Source of the DNA: a virus | IMG/VR virus record: IMGVR_UViG_3300044623_001092 | DNA: 64,000 nt | Reading direction: 5' to 3' (one strand) | Shown: one piece after another, positions 9,701-20,703 of the stretch | Numbering within the stretch: the first letter of the stretch is position 1 | How the letters are laid out: every line of letters begins with the position of its first letter | The notes under the pieces: generated by a model | Seen by the model: the letters and a program-made list of their open reading frames with translations, nothing else | Told to the model about the DNA's origin: nothing | Database searches by the model: none | Position numbers and translations under genes: made by a program

Positions 9701-12700
9701 CCTACGAATACTGTAACACCAACAAATACTTCAACTCAAACCCCTACGAATACTGTAACACCAACAAGAACTGCAATGAACACTCCTACGAATACCCCTA
9801 CAAATACTGTTACATCAACTAACACCCCAACGAACACTTCGACTAATACTCCTACGAATACGCCAACAAACACTGTAACATCAACTATAACTCCGACCAA
9901 TACTCCTACGAACACACCAACAAAAACTGTTACACCAACCAATACTTCTACTAACACACCTACAAATACACCGACTAACACCCCAACGAATACTGTAACA
10001 AATACACCTACAAAAACAGTTACCCCTACGAATACTCCTACGAATACTCCAACTAACACACCAACGAATACAGTTACACCAACAAGGACTTCAACAAATA
10101 CTCCAACTAACACACCAACGAATACAGTTACACCAACAAGGACTTCAACAAATACTCCAACTAACACACCAACGAATACAGTTACACCAACAAGGACTTC
10201 TACCAACACCCCTACGAATACACCTACGAATACACTGACACCAACAAGGACTTCAACAAATACTCCAACTAACACACCAACGAATACAGTTACACCAACA
10301 AGGACTTCTACCAACACCCCTACGAATACACCTACGAATACACTGACACCAACAAGAACTTCAACTAACACCCCTACGAATACACCTACGAATACACTGA
10401 CACCAACAAGAACTTCAACTAACACCCCTACGAACACTTCGACTAATACTCCTACGAATACGCCTACGAACACTGTCACACCAACAAGAACCGCAACTAA
10501 TACACCGACTAATACCTCAACAAATACACCAACAAAAACCCCTACACCAACAAAAACCCCAACGTCAACTTTGGGTCTTACAAATTATTTAGCACAACAA
10601 TGTTGCCCAACAACTCAATATTGGACATTACCTAATGGTAGTTTTACCGATTTCTCAACGGCAATACCTTTTGTTGATTGTGAGGACCCTGGAGTTTGTT
10701 ACAGGTCTATAAGAGATGGTGCTATAACACGTTATTGTAATAGTGGTATTACTTTATCAGTAGATTGGACTTACGAAACACAACCTTGCGGAGCGAAAGC
10801 GATTAAATCATTAAGTCCAATTTGTTCTGATAGTTATTGGTATTTTGTACAAAATAATGATTCAACACTTAACGTATATCAAATTGCTGATAATGGTTCT
10901 GGTTATGATATCTACAGTGATGTAGGTTGTTGTTCAGAAACTTATATGTCAGATTTAACTAACTCAACAACAGGAACTACTCCATCATTACCAAACTGTA
11001 ATTTTTCGTACACAGGTTCAGGTTTATTCGATTGGTTTAATCGTATTATTGATTTATCGGGTGATGACCCTAATTTACATTTCTACCCTTACTATAATTC
11101 AGGAACAACACAATGTTTAGTTAGTGGTAACGTTAATACTCAAGTAGTATCAATAACGAATAATTATTCTCCGTTGAATAAGACAGTTAAACTAAGTGAT
11201 GGTAATTGTTATAATATTATTTCAATTACAGGTGAAACGTCAACAACTACTTGGGTTCCACCAACATTATATAATGATTGTTTAACTTGTTCATTAACAA
11301 TTACTCCAACACCAACAAGAACCAATACACCAACACCGACTAAAACCCCAACACAAACACCTACAAACACTATCACACCAACTAAAACACCTACAAATAC
11401 CATTACACCTACAAACACTCCAACGAATACTTCTACGAATACCGTTACACCGACTAATACACCAACCAATACTGTAACTCCAACAAGAACACCGACTAAT
11501 ACTCCAACCAATACCGTAACTCCAACAAGAACACCGACTAATACTCCAACTAATACACCAACTAATACACCAACAAGAACCGCAACTAACACGCCTACAA
11601 ATACTGTTACACCAACAAGAACTGCAACGAACACTCCTACGAATACACCTACGAATACTATAACCCCAACTAATACTCCTACGAATACTGTAACACCAAC
11701 CAATACCCCAACGAACACTTCGACTAATACTCCTACGAATACACCAACAAGAACTGTTACACCAACAAGAACCCCGACTAATACGCCAACTAACACACCT
11801 ACAAATACTCCGACAAATACTGTTACACCAACAAGAACTGCAACGAACACTCCAACAAGAACCGCAACTAATACACCAACGAATACTGTTACTCCAACAA
11901 GAACCGCAACTAACACTCCTACAAACACCGTTACACCAACCCAAACAATTACCCCAACCCCAAACCAAACTTGTTTTACATACCCATCAGACCAAACTAA
12001 TATCATAATACCATCATCAGGTATTTCATCTGTTTACCCAATAACATTTACTATTTCAGGTTTAGTTACTGCAATTAGTGATGTTAAAATAACATTAAGT
12101 GGATATTCCCACACCTCAGTCGGAGATGTCGGTATGTTATTGGTAGCACCTGACAATACAAGTTGGTCATTACTATCAGGTAGAGTTGGAGCGGTTAATA
12201 ATGCGGTTAACGCTAACGTAACCTTAACAAGTTTTAGTTCACCAACATGGAATGGATATAGTTCAGGAACATTTAAAAATAATACATTGGTCGGTAACTC
12301 AATGCCATTCTCAGCACCATGTCCAACAACATTTGTTACGGGTAACTCACCTGAATTTACAATTTTTGATGGGTTACAACCACCTGTTTCAAATGGTCTA
12401 TGGAAATTATATATTCAAGATTTCTCAGTTATAGATTCTGGTACATTATCAGGAGCAACATTGGTTATTTGTTCTGAAAATACAACACCTACACCAACAC
12501 CAACTAATACTGTTACACCAACAATTACCCCGACTAATACGCCAACTAACACACCAACAAGAACTGTAACTCCAACAATAACTCCAACTAATACACCAAC
12601 AAGAACTGTAACACCAACAAGAACTTCAACTAATACTCCAACTAACACGCCGACAAACACTCCAACAAATACAGTTACACCATCTATAACACCAACCAAT

Positions 12701-14722
12701 ACCCCAACTAACACACCAACAAGAACTGTAACTCCAACAAGAACCCCAACTAATACTTCAACTAACACGCCGACAAACACACCAACTAATACAGTTACAC
12801 CAACAAGAACCCCGACTAATACGCCAACTAACACACCAACAAGAACCGCAACTAACACGCCGACAAATACTGTTACACCTACAAGAACCGCAACTAACAC
12901 GCCGACAAATACTCCAACAAATACAGTTACACCATCTATAACACCAACCAATACCCCAACTAACACCGTAACAAGAACTGTAACACCAACAAGAACTCCA
13001 ACTAATACTTCAACTAACACGCCGACAAACACACCAACTAATACAGTTACACCAACAAGAACCCCGACTAATACGCCAACTAACACACCAACAAGAACCG
13101 CAACTAACACGCCGACAAATACTGTTACACCTACAAGAACCGCAACTAACACGCCGACAAATACTCCAACAAAAACTGTTACACCATCTATAACACCAAC
13201 TAACACACCTACTAACACCGTAACAAGAACTGTAACACCAACAAGAACTCCAACTAATACTCCAACATCAACAGTTACACCGACAAGAACACCAACGAAT
13301 ACTCCAACACCTACTAAAACACCTACTCCAACACCAACATCAACATGTTTTAGTTATACTTTAGTTGGTACAGGTCGTTCAGGTGGTCAGTTCACATTTA
13401 CACCTTGTTGTACTAACGTTTATAATTCACCTGTTACTTTGAGTGCTGAGGATGGAGTATCAACAACTCAAGTATGTTCAAGTACATTACCTGTTTTATC
13501 AAGTGGTGGAGGAACAATCACGTTAAATGGTACATGTGATTATTGTGGTGATTGTTATTGTTTTGATTTGGCGGGTGGTGGATATACTTATATTGATTGT
13601 TCAGGGACAACACAAACTATTTTGACGTTGGCGACTACTGTATGTTCATCAAGTTATGTAGTACCAGATAGCTTTTCATCATCTTTCTCTAGAAGAGGAT
13701 TCTGTAGTGGTGGTATATGTCCAACACCAACACCTACACCAACACCAACGCCGACCATAACTGTTACACCGACAAGTACTTGTATTGGATATAACTTAAC
13801 TTACAACGGTGCTGAGTTAGGGTCATCAAGTGTTGCTTTTACACCATGTTGTAGTAATTCAACTGTGAATCCACGAGGGATGGGAATAGAAAGACCTTTT
13901 TTCTCAATTTGTTCAACAACTACACCTGTCGTTACTAATCTTAATGGTGGTAGTGTCTCAGTAGTTTCAACAGGTGTTTGTCCATGTACTACACCTACAC
14001 CAACACCAACAGTCACACCAACTAAAACAAATACACCAACACCCTCAGTTACTCCTAATTTTGTATCTGCGAATTTAATGATTCATTATGATTATAATAA
14101 TACATCATCATACGTTGGGACAGGTACATTAGTTAACGATTTAACGTCCGATAATATTACATCAACATTAACAGGCGGACCAACATTCAGTGGGTCACCA
14201 TTTGGTGTTATGAATTTTGATGGTGCTGGCGACCATACCTCATCCATCCAAAACGCCAATCTGTCAGCAATAACTAGCACGGTAACTTGTGAAGTATGGG
14301 TAAGACCTATTGATGTAAGTTTAGGTTCTGAAAAACAATTAGTAAATTATAATAATAACTTAGGTTTCAGAGCTAGAATAAACACAGATGGTTCAGTTGA
14401 AGCTATATATAACAACGGTGGAAGTGTCGATACCCTTCTAACCAGCCCTTCTTTAATTTTAAGTTCTACATGGTACCAAATAACTGTTGTATACCAAAAC
14501 ACATTGGTGAGTATTTACAAAAATGGGGCATTAGTAACCTCAGTTTTTGGATTAGGATTAAGCATGAACGCAACAAACACTAATATTCAATTTGGAAGAA
14601 TGTCTCCAGGTACTGAATGGTTTAAAGGTGGTTTAGGTATAATGAGAGTGTATAACTCAGCATTATCGGCAGCACAAGTCTTACAAAATTTTAATTTTAA
14701 TAGAGGAAGATTTGGTATATAA
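6788..14722 (+). CDS. giant mucin-like fibre/adhesin (2644 aa): N-terminal domain, three T/P/N repeat arrays, Cys-rich domains, proprotein-convertase P-domain-like module, C-terminal LamG/ConA-like domain
   Basis: P-domain-like signature [20 protein letters not shown]...[10 protein letters not shown]....DSGTL; LamG signature MNFDG.GD...T.EVWV...WYQITVVY....IYKNG...FKGGLG.MRVYN.ALS..QV.QNF. Confidence 0.85.
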   Translation: MTSIEIANITGLSYPYQIYVCDVFGNQCVLIATINTSVPPSTSFILPSQFDNAPAVGVKIMTSDGCERFEIVYCNVLVATPTPTPTPTPTPTPTPTVTKTPTQTPTNTVTPTNTSTQTPTNAITQTPTNTSTQTPTNTVTNTPTNTETPTNTPTPTVTNTVTQTPTNTVTETPTNTPTSTVTETPTNTPTSTVTETPTNTPTPTNTETPTNTPTNTVTETPTNTPTNTTTPTSTVTETPTNTPTNTPTNTITPTVTETPTNTPTNTITPTETPTNTPTNTSTITPFNPTSTPTSTVTETPTQTPTPTVTETPTNTPTSTVTETPTNTPTSTVTETPTNTPTNTPTPTNTETPTNTPTSTVTETPTQTPTNTQTPTNTVTQTPTNTVTPTNTSTQTPTNTPTNTPTNTVTNTVTPTKTSTNTPTNTPTNTPTNTVTPTNTSTQTPTNTSTNTPTNTVTPTNTSTQTPTNTPTNTSTNTPTQTPTNTVTNTVTPTNTSTNTPTNTPTNTVTPTNTSTNTPTNTPTNTVTNTVTPTRTSTNTPTNTPTNTVTSTITPTNTSTNTPTNTPTNTVTPTNTSTNTPTNTPTNTSTNTPTNTVTPTNTPTNTPTNTVTPTRTSTNTPTNTPTNTITPTNTSTNTPTNTPTNTVTPTRTSTNTPTNTPTNTVTPTRTSTNTPTNTPTNTVTPTRTSTNTPTNTPTNTVTPTNTSTNTPTNTPTNTVTPTNTSTNTPTNTPTNTVTPTNTSTNTPTNTSTQTPTNTPTNTVTPTNTPTNTSTNTPTNTPTNTPTNTPTQTPTNTPTNTVTPTRTSTNTPTNTPTNTPTNTVTPTNTVTQTPTNTPTGTPLETPTNTPTRTSTNTPTNTPTNTITPTNTSTNTPTNTPTNTVTSTITPTNTSTNTPTNTVTPTITPTNTSTNTPTNTVTPTRTSTNTPTNTSTNTPTNTPTNTVTPTRTSTNTPTNTPTNTVTPTNTSTNTPTNTVTPTNTSTQTPTNTVTPTRTAMNTPTNTPTNTVTSTNTPTNTSTNTPTNTPTNTVTSTITPTNTPTNTPTKTVTPTNTSTNTPTNTPTNTPTNTVTNTPTKTVTPTNTPTNTPTNTPTNTVTPTRTSTNTPTNTPTNTVTPTRTSTNTPTNTPTNTVTPTRTSTNTPTNTPTNTLTPTRTSTNTPTNTPTNTVTPTRTSTNTPTNTPTNTLTPTRTSTNTPTNTPTNTLTPTRTSTNTPTNTSTNTPTNTPTNTVTPTRTATNTPTNTSTNTPTKTPTPTKTPTSTLGLTNYLAQQCCPTTQYWTLPNGSFTDFSTAIPFVDCEDPGVCYRSIRDGAITRYCNSGITLSVDWTYETQPCGAKAIKSLSPICSDSYWYFVQNNDSTLNVYQIADNGSGYDIYSDVGCCSETYMSDLTNSTTGTTPSLPNCNFSYTGSGLFDWFNRIIDLSGDDPNLHFYPYYNSGTTQCLVSGNVNTQVVSITNNYSPLNKTVKLSDGNCYNIISITGETSTTTWVPPTLYNDCLTCSLTITPTPTRTNTPTPTKTPTQTPTNTITPTKTPTNTITPTNTPTNTSTNTVTPTNTPTNTVTPTRTPTNTPTNTVTPTRTPTNTPTNTPTNTPTRTATNTPTNTVTPTRTATNTPTNTPTNTITPTNTPTNTVTPTNTPTNTSTNTPTNTPTRTVTPTRTPTNTPTNTPTNTPTNTVTPTRTATNTPTRTATNTPTNTVTPTRTATNTPTNTVTPTQTITPTPNQTCFTYPSDQTNIIIPSSGISSVYPITFTISGLVTAISDVKITLSGYSHTSVGDVGMLLVAPDNTSWSLLSGRVGAVNNAVNANVTLTSFSSPTWNGYSSGTFKNNTLVGNSMPFSAPCPTTFVTGNSPEFTIFDGLQPPVSNGLWKLYIQDFSVIDSGTLSGATLVICSENTTPTPTPTNTVTPTITPTNTPTNTPTRTVTPTITPTNTPTRTVTPTRTSTNTPTNTPTNTPTNTVTPSITPTNTPTNTPTRTVTPTRTPTNTSTNTPTNTPTNTVTPTRTPTNTPTNTPTRTATNTPTNTVTPTRTATNTPTNTPTNTVTPSITPTNTPTNTVTRTVTPTRTPTNTSTNTPTNTPTNTVTPTRTPTNTPTNTPTRTATNTPTNTVTPTRTATNTPTNTPTKTVTPSITPTNTPTNTVTRTVTPTRTPTNTPTSTVTPTRTPTNTPTPTKTPTPTPTSTCFSYTLVGTGRSGGQFTFTPCCTNVYNSPVTLSAEDGVSTTQVCSSTLPVLSSGGGTITLNGTCDYCGDCYCFDLAGGGYTYIDCSGTTQTILTLATTVCSSSYVVPDSFSSSFSRRGFCSGGICPTPTPTPTPTPTITVTPTSTCIGYNLTYNGAELGSSSVAFTPCCSNSTVNPRGMGIERPFFSICSTTTPVVTNLNGGSVSVVSTGVCPCTTPTPTPTVTPTKTNTPTPSVTPNFVSANLMIHYDYNNTSSYVGTGTLVNDLTSDNITSTLTGGPTFSGSPFGVMNFDGAGDHTSSIQNANLSAITSTVTCEVWVRPIDVSLGSEKQLVNYNNNLGFRARINTDGSVEAIYNNGGSVDTLLTSPSLILSSTWYQITVVYQNTLVSIYKNGALVTSVFGLGLSMNATNTNIQFGRMSPGTEWFKGGLGIMRVYNSALSAAQVLQNFNFNRGRFGI
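7024..10570 (+). repeat. coding low-complexity array 1 ([12 protein letters not shown] units)
   Basis: About 1180 codons of degenerate 12-bp-based repeats; exact 54-bp tandem at 10043-10200. Confidence 0.9.
11302..11965 (+). repeat. coding low-complexity array 2 (TPTN/TRTA units)
   Basis: Visible in translation and DNA. Confidence 0.9.
12482..13345 (+). repeat. coding low-complexity array 3 with a 252-bp higher-order repeat
   Basis: tccaacaaa...acaccatctataacacc recurs at 12661, 12913 and 13165. Confidence 0.85.
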
Positions 14723-14737
14723 GGATATTTATATAAT

Positions 14738-14986
14738 ATGTTCGAAAATAGAGTATTTATAATAATTTCAACCGTTGAAATTCCATTTATTAATTTTGAA
14801 GAGATTTTATTCAAATCTTACAATGACCTTATTTTGTCGGTGAACAAAACTAAAACAATTTTAAAATGGGATGGTCCTACAACACCATCATTTTACGATA
14901 ATTTAAATACTAAGGAAGGTCCATATACTATTAGTGAGATTACTCAAATTTTGTCAACACCTGAATGGTACATAGAAAGTAATTAA
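14738..14986 (+). CDS. hypothetical protein (82 aa), possible fibre accessory/chaperone
   Basis: Preceded by TATTTATA (14726-14733) and follows the fibre gene; function inferred from position only. Confidence 0.65.
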   Translation: MFENRVFIIISTVEIPFINFEEILFKSYNDLILSVNKTKTILKWDGPTTPSFYDNLNTKEGPYTISEITQILSTPEWYIESN

Positions 14987-15011
14987 AAAAAAAGGGAAGT
15001 AATAACTTCCC
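14985..15011 (-). terminator. intrinsic terminator between convergent transcription units
   Basis: GGGAAGT-AATA-ACTTCCC hairpin with an A-run on the left (U-tract on minus strand). Confidence 0.7.
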
Positions 15012-15035
15012 CATAACATTTTAATATTTAATTTT

Positions 15036-15644
15036 TTACCAAACCTCAATTTGATTCATAAAACCAAGGACACAACAATAGGCATCGGTTTGGTCAAAAT
15101 TTTCTTTCTTTAAAGTATTATTTTTGGTGTATAACCATTGAATTTGAGGTTCAAGTTTAGCAATTTTCTCCCATATAATCATTTTCTTATCAATGTCTTT
15201 AGGTAGACCACCAAACAAAACAAACTTACCTTTATCATTCTGTTGAACCAACTCAGGGAAAGCAAATTTTCTTGAGTTATAAGTCGATATAAATTCAGGT
15301 ACTATACCAAGGATATCGTAAATTTCTTTACAGATAAAACTATTAAACCTCATTAAAACTTGTACAGTATTAATATTATTTGAGTTCAACAAAGGTTCTT
15401 CAATAATGACTCTAACAATTCCTAAATTTTTATATTCTAAAAGTTTAGTATTAAAAACCTCAGCCTTTAACAATAAATCTTTAATTTTACTGTTATCTTG
15501 ATTTTCTGTAGATTTAGGTCTAGGTGAAATATGTGTCAATTCCAAAAGTTCTTTACTTTGGATGTCAAATAATGCCCACCCTATTGTTCGGGTTGAAACA
15601 TCTAATCCTAATACTTTTGGGCTTTCTTTTAATGTTTTACTCAT
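15036..15644 (-). CDS. ruvC: RuvC-like Holliday junction resolvase
   Basis: VLGLDVSTRTIGW, VIIEEP and DQTDAY RNase H-fold acidic motifs; start placed at MSKTLK. Confidence 0.8.
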   Translation of the reverse strand: MSKTLKESPKVLGLDVSTRTIGWALFDIQSKELLELTHISPRPKSTENQDNSKIKDLLLKAEVFNTKLLEYKNLGIVRVIIEEPLLNSNNINTVQVLMRFNSFICKEIYDILGIVPEFISTYNSRKFAFPELVQQNDKGKFVLFGGLPKDIDKKMIIWEKIAKLEPQIQWLYTKNNTLKKENFDQTDAYCCVLGFMNQIEVW

Positions 15645-15648
15645 AAAT

Positions 15649-18135
15649 TTAAAAATCAAATTTTATTACAAACTGTTGAATTCCGAGCCGTGGCGTAGGA
15701 GATTGTAGTTTAGATATAATCATAAGGTCGTCGTTCAAATCGTAAAGACCAATTTCAGTAATATATAGTTGATTACCATTTACCCAACCAGGATTTGAAC
15801 TTGCTTGGAACTCAGCATCACCCAAATTGATTTTATATCTCATTTCATATATTGTTGCTTGTACGTCAGTTTCAACAGTACCATAGAAGTAATATTCATC
15901 ACCAAAGTTTAGTTGGTGACCACTAAATCCAAGTGGTGTTAATTCAATATAATCCGATAAATCATATGATGGGGCGGCATCATATAAATCTTTACTAATA
16001 ACAAAAGTAGTACCTGTTAATCCATCTGCCGTAATATAACCATTAATCGTTGTCGCCGATAATATATCGGTATAATCAATAACTTTCCATTCAGTAGGGT
16101 CAGGTCTACCATCACCAATTACTTTTTGACAAATAATTTCAAATTTATCAGCAAAGAATCCTGTCGATAAATCGCATACATCAGGACAAAGTGTTGTACT
16201 CGTTGTTGTGTAAACACTTGTGGTTGTTGTTGTAATAACACTTGTTGTTGTTGTAGTCGTAGATGGTGAATACGATTTATAATTTAAACAATTAAATTCG
16301 GACCCAAATCTTACTGAGACATTTTGAGGTCCAATGTCTAAACAAGATAAATTAGGTCCTTGTATTTTAGTATAATAGTTACAATGTAACGAATTTGTAA
16401 AAGAATATTGATTACCCAATCTATAAGTAATGTATAAGTACTCAGTATTACCCGTTAAAATCCCCTCACTTGATTGATTTGATGGTCCACAAGTGTTTGG
16501 CGTAGTTAACCCTACTTTAGGAGCTGGTAACGTCCAATTTCGGTTTGATTTATATGATAACGATGCAATAATTTCTTCATCATCAATAATAACAATTTTA
16601 TGGTCAGGAAATACCTTACCAATTCTATTCGGTAAACCATTAATACTTGGGTTATCATCCCATAAATGATAATAACGAATACCAGGTGTGTTCATATCAA
16701 GGTTTTTCTTAGACTCAATATAGCTAGGCTGAAATAAGTCAAAATCCTCAAACCCTGGAGGGTCTACCCAAAATGTTTGTCCTTGACAACAATCAGGATT
16801 TTTATGCCACATCAATGATGGTAAACTAATTTTGAAGTTTCTTGCTTGTCCAACAGTATCTTCAGGTAATGTTGGGTCTAAAGGTTGTAACGCAAATTTT
16901 TCACCATAATAAAAATCAATTGTCTGATTGGTATAATGAATAATAGCAATTGCCTTTTGTTCTTCAGGTTGGACCTTAACAATCTCACTAAATGAATTAT
17001 AATAATATGTATCGGTCGTTTCAGCACTTAAAGTTGGGTCAACGTAGAATGTTTGACCTGAACTTGATTGATACCCTAAATATTCTTTAGTACCCACATA
17101 TTGTGCGGAACCAAACTTAGAAAAACCTTTAACAACATCACCATCTAATCCAGCTAAATCTTCTGACCAAGGAATATTCATATTCCATATCTTAACATCC
17201 AACTCATCAGTATCACATAACGATTCAAAATTAATAACATCAGTATTGTAATGATTTAATGGTGTAACACTATCATATAGGTTAGTCATATTAGGTGGGT
17301 AAATAATAGTTCTAGCGTAACACACACTTAATAAATCACCATAATCAGGTGTTGGTCTGTCTAACGTAATCTCGTTATTACAAACATCTAAAATTCTATA
17401 AGTTAAAATACCATAACAACTAAACATGCTCATACCACAATTAGGTATATCAACAGGTGTTGGTGTTGGGAATACCGTAGTTGTTGTTGTCGTAGTATCA
17501 CACGGTAAAGTTGTTGAGGTTGTCGTAGTTGGCGATAAGGTAGTTGTTGTTGTTGTTGTAGTCGATGTTGTACCACATCCACAATCATTTTTAGCTCGAC
17601 CATCAAAATAAATTGTGATTAAATCACCAGCCTGTGGTAATCTTGCTATATTTGTATTACAACCTGAATAAATAACAGTAATCACATCACTACCTGTTAA
17701 TGTTGACATATCAATCATGTAGTTAGAATTAATAACATGTTGATTATCCGTAAACGCACTCCAATATGTAAAGTTGTCTAACGTAATTCCTGTGAAGAAA
17801 CCTCTCGGTTCCGCTCTGTTATAGACAGGACTATCAATCGAATCCATATATGGTATACCATACGTATTACCTGTAAATCCTTTTACATAATACGGATATT
17901 TAATATTCTGTTTGTTTGATTGGGGAGCCCCACTTGAATTCTGAGCATTAAATGCTGGTTCCAATATCATCGTCTCTAATTGATTGTATGATGTTGGTAA
18001 GACATTATAAGAAACCTCACTATCACCAATTTGGAAATAAGATATGTTAAAATTACCTTGTGATAATTTTTCTCTCCCCGTATCAGTTAATCTACTGTTA
18101 ATTAACGCTGATGTATTTTTTAATATATAACTCAT
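15649..18135 (-). CDS. baseplate/tail-collar fibre-attachment protein with Thr-rich inserts
   Basis: N-terminal LTDTGREKLSQG....YFQIGD and C-terminal ITEIGLYD...LMIISKL..P resemble tail-collar fibre (DUF3751-like) halves; two poly-Thr tracts. Confidence 0.6.
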   Translation of the reverse strand: MSYILKNTSALINSRLTDTGREKLSQGNFNISYFQIGDSEVSYNVLPTSYNQLETMILEPAFNAQNSSGAPQSNKQNIKYPYYVKGFTGNTYGIPYMDSIDSPVYNRAEPRGFFTGITLDNFTYWSAFTDNQHVINSNYMIDMSTLTGSDVITVIYSGCNTNIARLPQAGDLITIYFDGRAKNDCGCGTTSTTTTTTTTLSPTTTTSTTLPCDTTTTTTTVFPTPTPVDIPNCGMSMFSCYGILTYRILDVCNNEITLDRPTPDYGDLLSVCYARTIIYPPNMTNLYDSVTPLNHYNTDVINFESLCDTDELDVKIWNMNIPWSEDLAGLDGDVVKGFSKFGSAQYVGTKEYLGYQSSSGQTFYVDPTLSAETTDTYYYNSFSEIVKVQPEEQKAIAIIHYTNQTIDFYYGEKFALQPLDPTLPEDTVGQARNFKISLPSLMWHKNPDCCQGQTFWVDPPGFEDFDLFQPSYIESKKNLDMNTPGIRYYHLWDDNPSINGLPNRIGKVFPDHKIVIIDDEEIIASLSYKSNRNWTLPAPKVGLTTPNTCGPSNQSSEGILTGNTEYLYITYRLGNQYSFTNSLHCNYYTKIQGPNLSCLDIGPQNVSVRFGSEFNCLNYKSYSPSTTTTTTSVITTTTTSVYTTTSTTLCPDVCDLSTGFFADKFEIICQKVIGDGRPDPTEWKVIDYTDILSATTINGYITADGLTGTTFVISKDLYDAAPSYDLSDYIELTPLGFSGHQLNFGDEYYFYGTVETDVQATIYEMRYKINLGDAEFQASSNPGWVNGNQLYITEIGLYDLNDDLMIISKLQSPTPRLGIQQFVIKFDF

Positions 18136-18155
18136 ATAATATTTTTTTAATTTTA

Positions 18156-19628
18156 TTATTCATACAACGATTGATTAAGAACACTACAACAATTACAACC
18201 TGTAATGCTAGCGTTAGTAACAAACGAATTAGTGGTAGCAAAATTAGCACTACAACAACCACTACCAGTTGCCGTCACACCATATTTTAATGGCCCAAGA
18301 GGTCCATCACCCAAATCAACGTTATCATACTCATTTGGTAATGGTGTTGGTTCAGGTGTTTGACTTTCAAATAATGCTTGTGGTGGTGGTGGATTATTAC
18401 ATGTTAACAGATAATCAGTTATTAACTTAATACTATAAACATCCGTTGAATTAATAGTTAAGTCAGTATAGTTACGATTAAAATTCGTCTGATACTTCAA
18501 ATAATTAGTACAACCTGGTGTCGTATTAGCAACCGTTGTTACGACATCATTATCAACACTTGGTATTGTTAAACCATTTTTAATAATTTCTGTGGTATAC
18601 GATTTAGTTGCCGAATTAAGATAAGGCGTTTGAGTAAACATTCCAGAAAAATCCATATTAAACTTAATTGTTGTTCCATCATTAGGTAATGATGGTGTAA
18701 TATTTACAACATACGTATATTCGTAAGATGTACTAGATACCTGAACCGTAGAAAATATATTCATTGATATAGTATAAACCGTCATAGGTTCACTAGTGAA
18801 TATTACATTACCTGATTGAGATGATACAATTGTACCTTCACTATCCTTAATTTGAGGTGTAAAAGTCACATCAGGACATAAGTTATTGAATAATGGATTA
18901 CTCACCCATGTTGTTCCCCCATTTACCGAATATTGATATGGTGGTACACCTCCAAGACCTTGTATTGTTATTGAAGCATCACAACTTGTACATGATGGGT
19001 TATTTTTAGTTACCATTAATCTTAAATTACCAACATTAACACATTCACCTTCAGTTACAGTTACAGTACCTTGATTACCCAACATTAACCACCCACTTAA
19101 TGGTGGATAGGTAGGGTCGTTATTAATAACCGTTAAATTATTTACAGTATCAACCAACTCCCAACGATTATCAACGTTATCCCAAACGATGGTATATAAA
19201 ACATCATCTGAAATCCAACTTTGTTTACCATTCACAATCCCATTAGGATTAAAATAAATAGATAAATCAACCACACTATCACCTTTAAAATAATGAATAA
19301 CCATACAGAAATCATACGTAATAATTGGTGATGTTGTTGTTGTTGTAGTTGTTGTTGGGACAACAGGCCCTGTTAATACACAAGTAGTATTTGCAGTAAA
19401 ATCACCATAATAATCAACAATCGTTGCAGGATACGAACCTGCCGATAAATTATTAATTGCAAATGAACTATTACCATTTTCCCAAGTAATATTGTAAGGT
19501 GGTGTTCCACCTGTAACAATTAAAGTTGCAGTACCATTAGACGCATTCTGTCCACTAGGATTAGTTACTTGACACGCAACCCCAAGTGGGAATATTACTA
19601 TAGGTTGACACTCATTATTTTCAGGCAT
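18156..19628 (-). CDS. SprB-repeat putative virion protein with Thr tract
   Basis: NG.ATL.VTGGTPPYNITW.NG......NLSAGSY...IVD and GGVPPYQYSVNGG repeats; PTTTTTTTTSP. Confidence 0.75.
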   Translation of the reverse strand: MPENNECQPIVIFPLGVACQVTNPSGQNASNGTATLIVTGGTPPYNITWENGNSSFAINNLSAGSYPATIVDYYGDFTANTTCVLTGPVVPTTTTTTTTSPIITYDFCMVIHYFKGDSVVDLSIYFNPNGIVNGKQSWISDDVLYTIVWDNVDNRWELVDTVNNLTVINNDPTYPPLSGWLMLGNQGTVTVTEGECVNVGNLRLMVTKNNPSCTSCDASITIQGLGGVPPYQYSVNGGTTWVSNPLFNNLCPDVTFTPQIKDSEGTIVSSQSGNVIFTSEPMTVYTISMNIFSTVQVSSTSYEYTYVVNITPSLPNDGTTIKFNMDFSGMFTQTPYLNSATKSYTTEIIKNGLTIPSVDNDVVTTVANTTPGCTNYLKYQTNFNRNYTDLTINSTDVYSIKLITDYLLTCNNPPPPQALFESQTPEPTPLPNEYDNVDLGDGPLGPLKYGVTATGSGCCSANFATTNSFVTNASITGCNCCSVLNQSLYE

Positions 19629-19653
19629 TATTATTCTGTTTTTATATAAATAA

Positions 19654-20643
19654 TCAGTTATTCCGTTTTTGTTGAATTAACGACTTCATAACTTCAATAT
19701 ATTTTATGGTTGAACTATTCTTTTCAATAAAATCAAAATAATTAGGGTCACTTTCAATCTTTTTTAAGGGGTCCTCATTAATATATTCCCCTTTATAAAA
19801 TTTCCTATCTTTTAAATCTTGAGTCACTCCCGCCATATGAAGAATTGGTTTCTTTTCATATATTACAATATCATCTGTCGCCCATGAAAAATCTAATTCT
19901 TTTGTTATTTTAGTTTCTTTACCAAAATACCATAGATTCCATAAGACCGACCACATTTCCGCAGTCCAAAATTGTATTTCACCAGGACTGATTGGGTATC
20001 GTTTTTGATAACTCATCATTTGGTCATATAATGGAACACAATCATTATATATCTTTTCCCACATCTTAGCGTCAGTGTCTTTAATAATATATTGACCACC
20101 ACCCGAATTCTCTTGATTACATTTAACACATTCAACATCAACACCAATAACATCAACCATTTCTTGAATCAATTGACCTTTATTTGAATTGGGGTGTTGT
20201 TGCTCATATCTTTCACAACAATCCATAATATAGTTATAACCAATATAACCCACAGTATCCGATACATATGTTATGTCATCATCTAATAACGCTTTAAAAT
20301 CAGGTAATTCTCTAAAGATGATATCAGCGTCATGTAAAAAAAATGACTTACCATATTGTGGATTCTCCACCAACCATTTATAGATTAAAAATGGTTTAAT
20401 ATTTGGTATATAATGTTTTCGTTCTCTATCATCTAAATAATGATGAACATTAATTCCTAATTTTTTTAATTCTAAAGATTCTTCACTAGGTTCTTTTTTA
20501 CCCTGAACCATTGCTAGCACAACATGAATATTATTGGGGTTAATACCTTTCTCGATGAAATTATGTACATAAACCTTAATTTGCCAATGAAAATATGGGA
20601 CATCAGGTTGTGCTGAAACAAATACTAAATTATTAAAATCCAT
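19654..20643 (-). CDS. GT-A fold glycosyltransferase, HPAT/peptidyl-serine galactosyltransferase (GT95/GT96)-like
   Basis: Ordered motifs YFHWQ, YIPNIKPF...KWL, HDADIIF (DxD), GGGQYII, WTAEMW, ILHMAG. Confidence 0.7.
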   Translation of the reverse strand: MDFNNLVFVSAQPDVPYFHWQIKVYVHNFIEKGINPNNIHVVLAMVQGKKEPSEESLELKKLGINVHHYLDDRERKHYIPNIKPFLIYKWLVENPQYGKSFFLHDADIIFRELPDFKALLDDDITYVSDTVGYIGYNYIMDCCERYEQQHPNSNKGQLIQEMVDVIGVDVECVKCNQENSGGGQYIIKDTDAKMWEKIYNDCVPLYDQMMSYQKRYPISPGEIQFWTAEMWSVLWNLWYFGKETKITKELDFSWATDDIVIYEKKPILHMAGVTQDLKDRKFYKGEYINEDPLKKIESDPNYFDFIEKNSSTIKYIEVMKSLIQQKRNN

Positions 20644-20703
20644 CTTCTTTTAAATTAAAAATATTAAAGAAGTCAATTTAATAAATGATAATATATTAAT
20701 CTT

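Noticed and set aside
7273-13218. Long minus-strand V/G/L/F-rich ORFs (e.g. 8176..9264, 11209..12006, 12415..13218) that look like membrane proteins
   Set aside because: Antisense shadows of the Thr/Pro/Asn codon arrays, whose reverse complement lacks stops
7024-13345. Repeat arrays as a CRISPR array or satellite
   Set aside because: No constant repeat with unique spacers; variation is concentrated at third codon positions of one open frame
14070-14722. Diversity-generating retroelement target in the lectin-like tip
   Set aside because: No reverse transcriptase and no template/variable repeat pair visible in the window
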